Of a DNA stretch of 52,400 nt, positions 51,488 through 52,400 are shown piece by piece. The position numbers were made by a program, and so were the translations under genes. The first letter of the stretch is position 1, and every line of letters begins with the position of its first letter. The DNA is from Candidatus Berkelbacteria bacterium (GTDB taxonomy: Bacteria; Patescibacteriota; UBA1384; 2-12-FULL-50-11). The notes below the pieces were generated by a model. It did not search any database. It was not told the DNA's origin and saw only the letters and a program-made list of their open reading frames with translations. The DNA lies in the NCBI GenBank assembly GCA_030650195.1, contig JAUSEP010000009.1, positions 1 through 52,400 on the forward strand, in the 5' to 3' direction.

Positions 51488-51994
51488 CTACGGCAGCAAG
51501 GGATATACATAGCCGTCTTCGCTAACGGCTTCATGGTCTGGCGTCCAGGTTTGTAGAGCAAACCGGGCTGAACTTTGAGATTCTTGATTATTCGAATGTG
51601 CCCTCACTCTAGTCTCAAAGACCCCAAGATAACTAAAATCGTCTATTTTAAACTTAATTTTGAAGCGACCTGTTTCGTCCGCAGTTGCTCTAAGGGTCTG
51701 GGCATTGTTTACGCTACCGTCAGGATAGACCGTGACTATCTCAAGTGTCGCATTAGGAGAGGTTGTGATTTTCATCTCCTGGGTTTGCCCTAGCTTCACG
51801 CGGGGTTGGGCAAACTCGACTAACAGTGGAAATGCTTGCTTAGTAATAGTTGTTTCTGCCGAAAGAACCGTACTGCTTATTTGGACTGGATCACTATGGC
51901 GAACGATACTTTTGTTCCAATTTAAGCCAACGGCCGCTAGGGCTAGAACCACTAATGTAAAAATAGAATTACGGACCATCTTTGACATGTTCAA
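51488..51994 (-). CDS. Secreted hypothetical protein (Ig-like beta-sandwich guess)
   Basis: N-terminal TM/signal segment IFTLVVLALAAVGL, followed by beta-rich sequence. Confidence 0.45.
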   Translation of the reverse strand: MNMSKMVRNSIFTLVVLALAAVGLNWNKSIVRHSDPVQISSTVLSAETTITKQAFPLLVEFAQPRVKLGQTQEMKITTSPNATLEIVTVYPDGSVNNAQTLRATADETGRFKIKFKIDDFSYLGVFETRVRAHSNNQESQSSARFALQTWTPDHEAVSEDGYVYPLLP

Positions 51995-52059
51995 TCATAT
52001 TGTAACAAACCGGTGCGACAGTTGCTTGGACATGAGAAATATGAGTATGTTAGTTGAGC

Positions 52060-52400
52060 ATGACTGATGTAATTATCGTTGGTTCAGGAATGGCGGGTCT
52101 ATCCGCTGCCCTCTATACGGCTCGCTACGAGCTCTCAACATTAGTTATCGGTGCCGAGCTTGGGGGTGCAACTTCTACGGCCTGGACCATTGAAAATTAT
52201 CCAGGATTTAAGGCCATAGATGGATATGATCTGATCATTAAGGTTAAGGAGCAGGTTGAGGCACTAGGTGCCAAGGTTGTCGCCGATAAAATTCAAAAAA
52301 TAACCAAGTCTGACGGTGGATTTAAATTAACTGGGGAAGCGGGAGAGGAATATCTTGCAAAGTCGGTTATCTTTACTCACGGTGCCGCCAGACGCAAGCT
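52060..52400 (+). CDS. trxB: Thioredoxin-disulfide reductase (N-terminal part, continues beyond the window)
   Basis: Hand translation from ATG 52060 gives MTDVIIVGSGMAGLSAALYTARYELSTLVIGAELGG...IENYPGF, with the FAD-binding GxGxxG motif. Confidence 0.85.
   Translation, partial: MTDVIIVGSGMAGLSAALYTARYELSTLVIGAELGGATSTAWTIENYPGFKAIDGYDLIIKVKEQVEALGAKVVADKIQKITKSDGGFKLTGEAGEEYLAKSVIFTHGAARRK

Noticed and set aside
1-52400. CRISPR arrays, IS elements/transposases, prophage genes, reverse transcriptase/DGR or retron modules
   Set aside because: I scanned by eye and through the ORF track. I found no regularly spaced direct repeats, no DDE, tyrosine or serine recombinase motifs, no RT (YxDD) motif, and no phage structural gene signatures. 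A computational repeat search is still advisable.

Overview
This is a gene-dense 52.4-kb chromosomal segment, mostly minus-strand, from a small-genome bacterium. Overlapping short genes, a truncated AlaRS and MiaA, an FtsA-like/pilin repertoire and about 37-47% G+C hint at a Patescibacteria/CPR-like lineage, but that is inference only. Core content: secA, serS, greA, alaS, miaA, secG, trxB (partial), the mreB-mreC-mreD-PBP2 elongasome, ftsE-ftsX plus a PcsB-like CHAP hydrolase, mltG, ruvX, an FtsA-like actin ATPase, two ABC exporters, an NRAMP transporter, a PAS histidine kinase with a receiver-only regulator, and ArsR, PucR and CsoR regulators. RNA genes: one tmRNA and six tRNAs (Val-GAC, Glu-UUC, Leu-GAG, Leu-CAG, Cys-GCA, Gly-GCC). 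I saw no CRISPR array, transposase, integrase or prophage. Accessory or unusual content: (1) A GC-richer three-gene block (39839-42707) encodes four copies of one unknown domain, two of them carrying C-x17-H-x3-C-x2-C. It is wedged against the alaS 3' end, and each gene is followed by a copy or relic of the last alaS codons, which form a hairpin. This looks like a cassette-type accretion site. (2) An approximately 220-nt structured RNA sits between a C39-like peptidase gene and mreB, with its own extended -10 box and intrinsic terminator. (3) One ORF fuses an XRE HTH domain to an Hsp20 domain, with an internal SD/ATG and a palindromic operator. (4) An orphan protein combines GHKL-ATPase-like motifs with HExxH. 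(5) A GC-rich 1.2-kb islet lies next to tRNA-Glu. (6) Several regulator genes share a leaderless-type promoter geometry. (7) Two adjacent tRNAs have C instead of U at T-loop position 55. All calls come from reading the sequence and the ORF track; no database search was possible.
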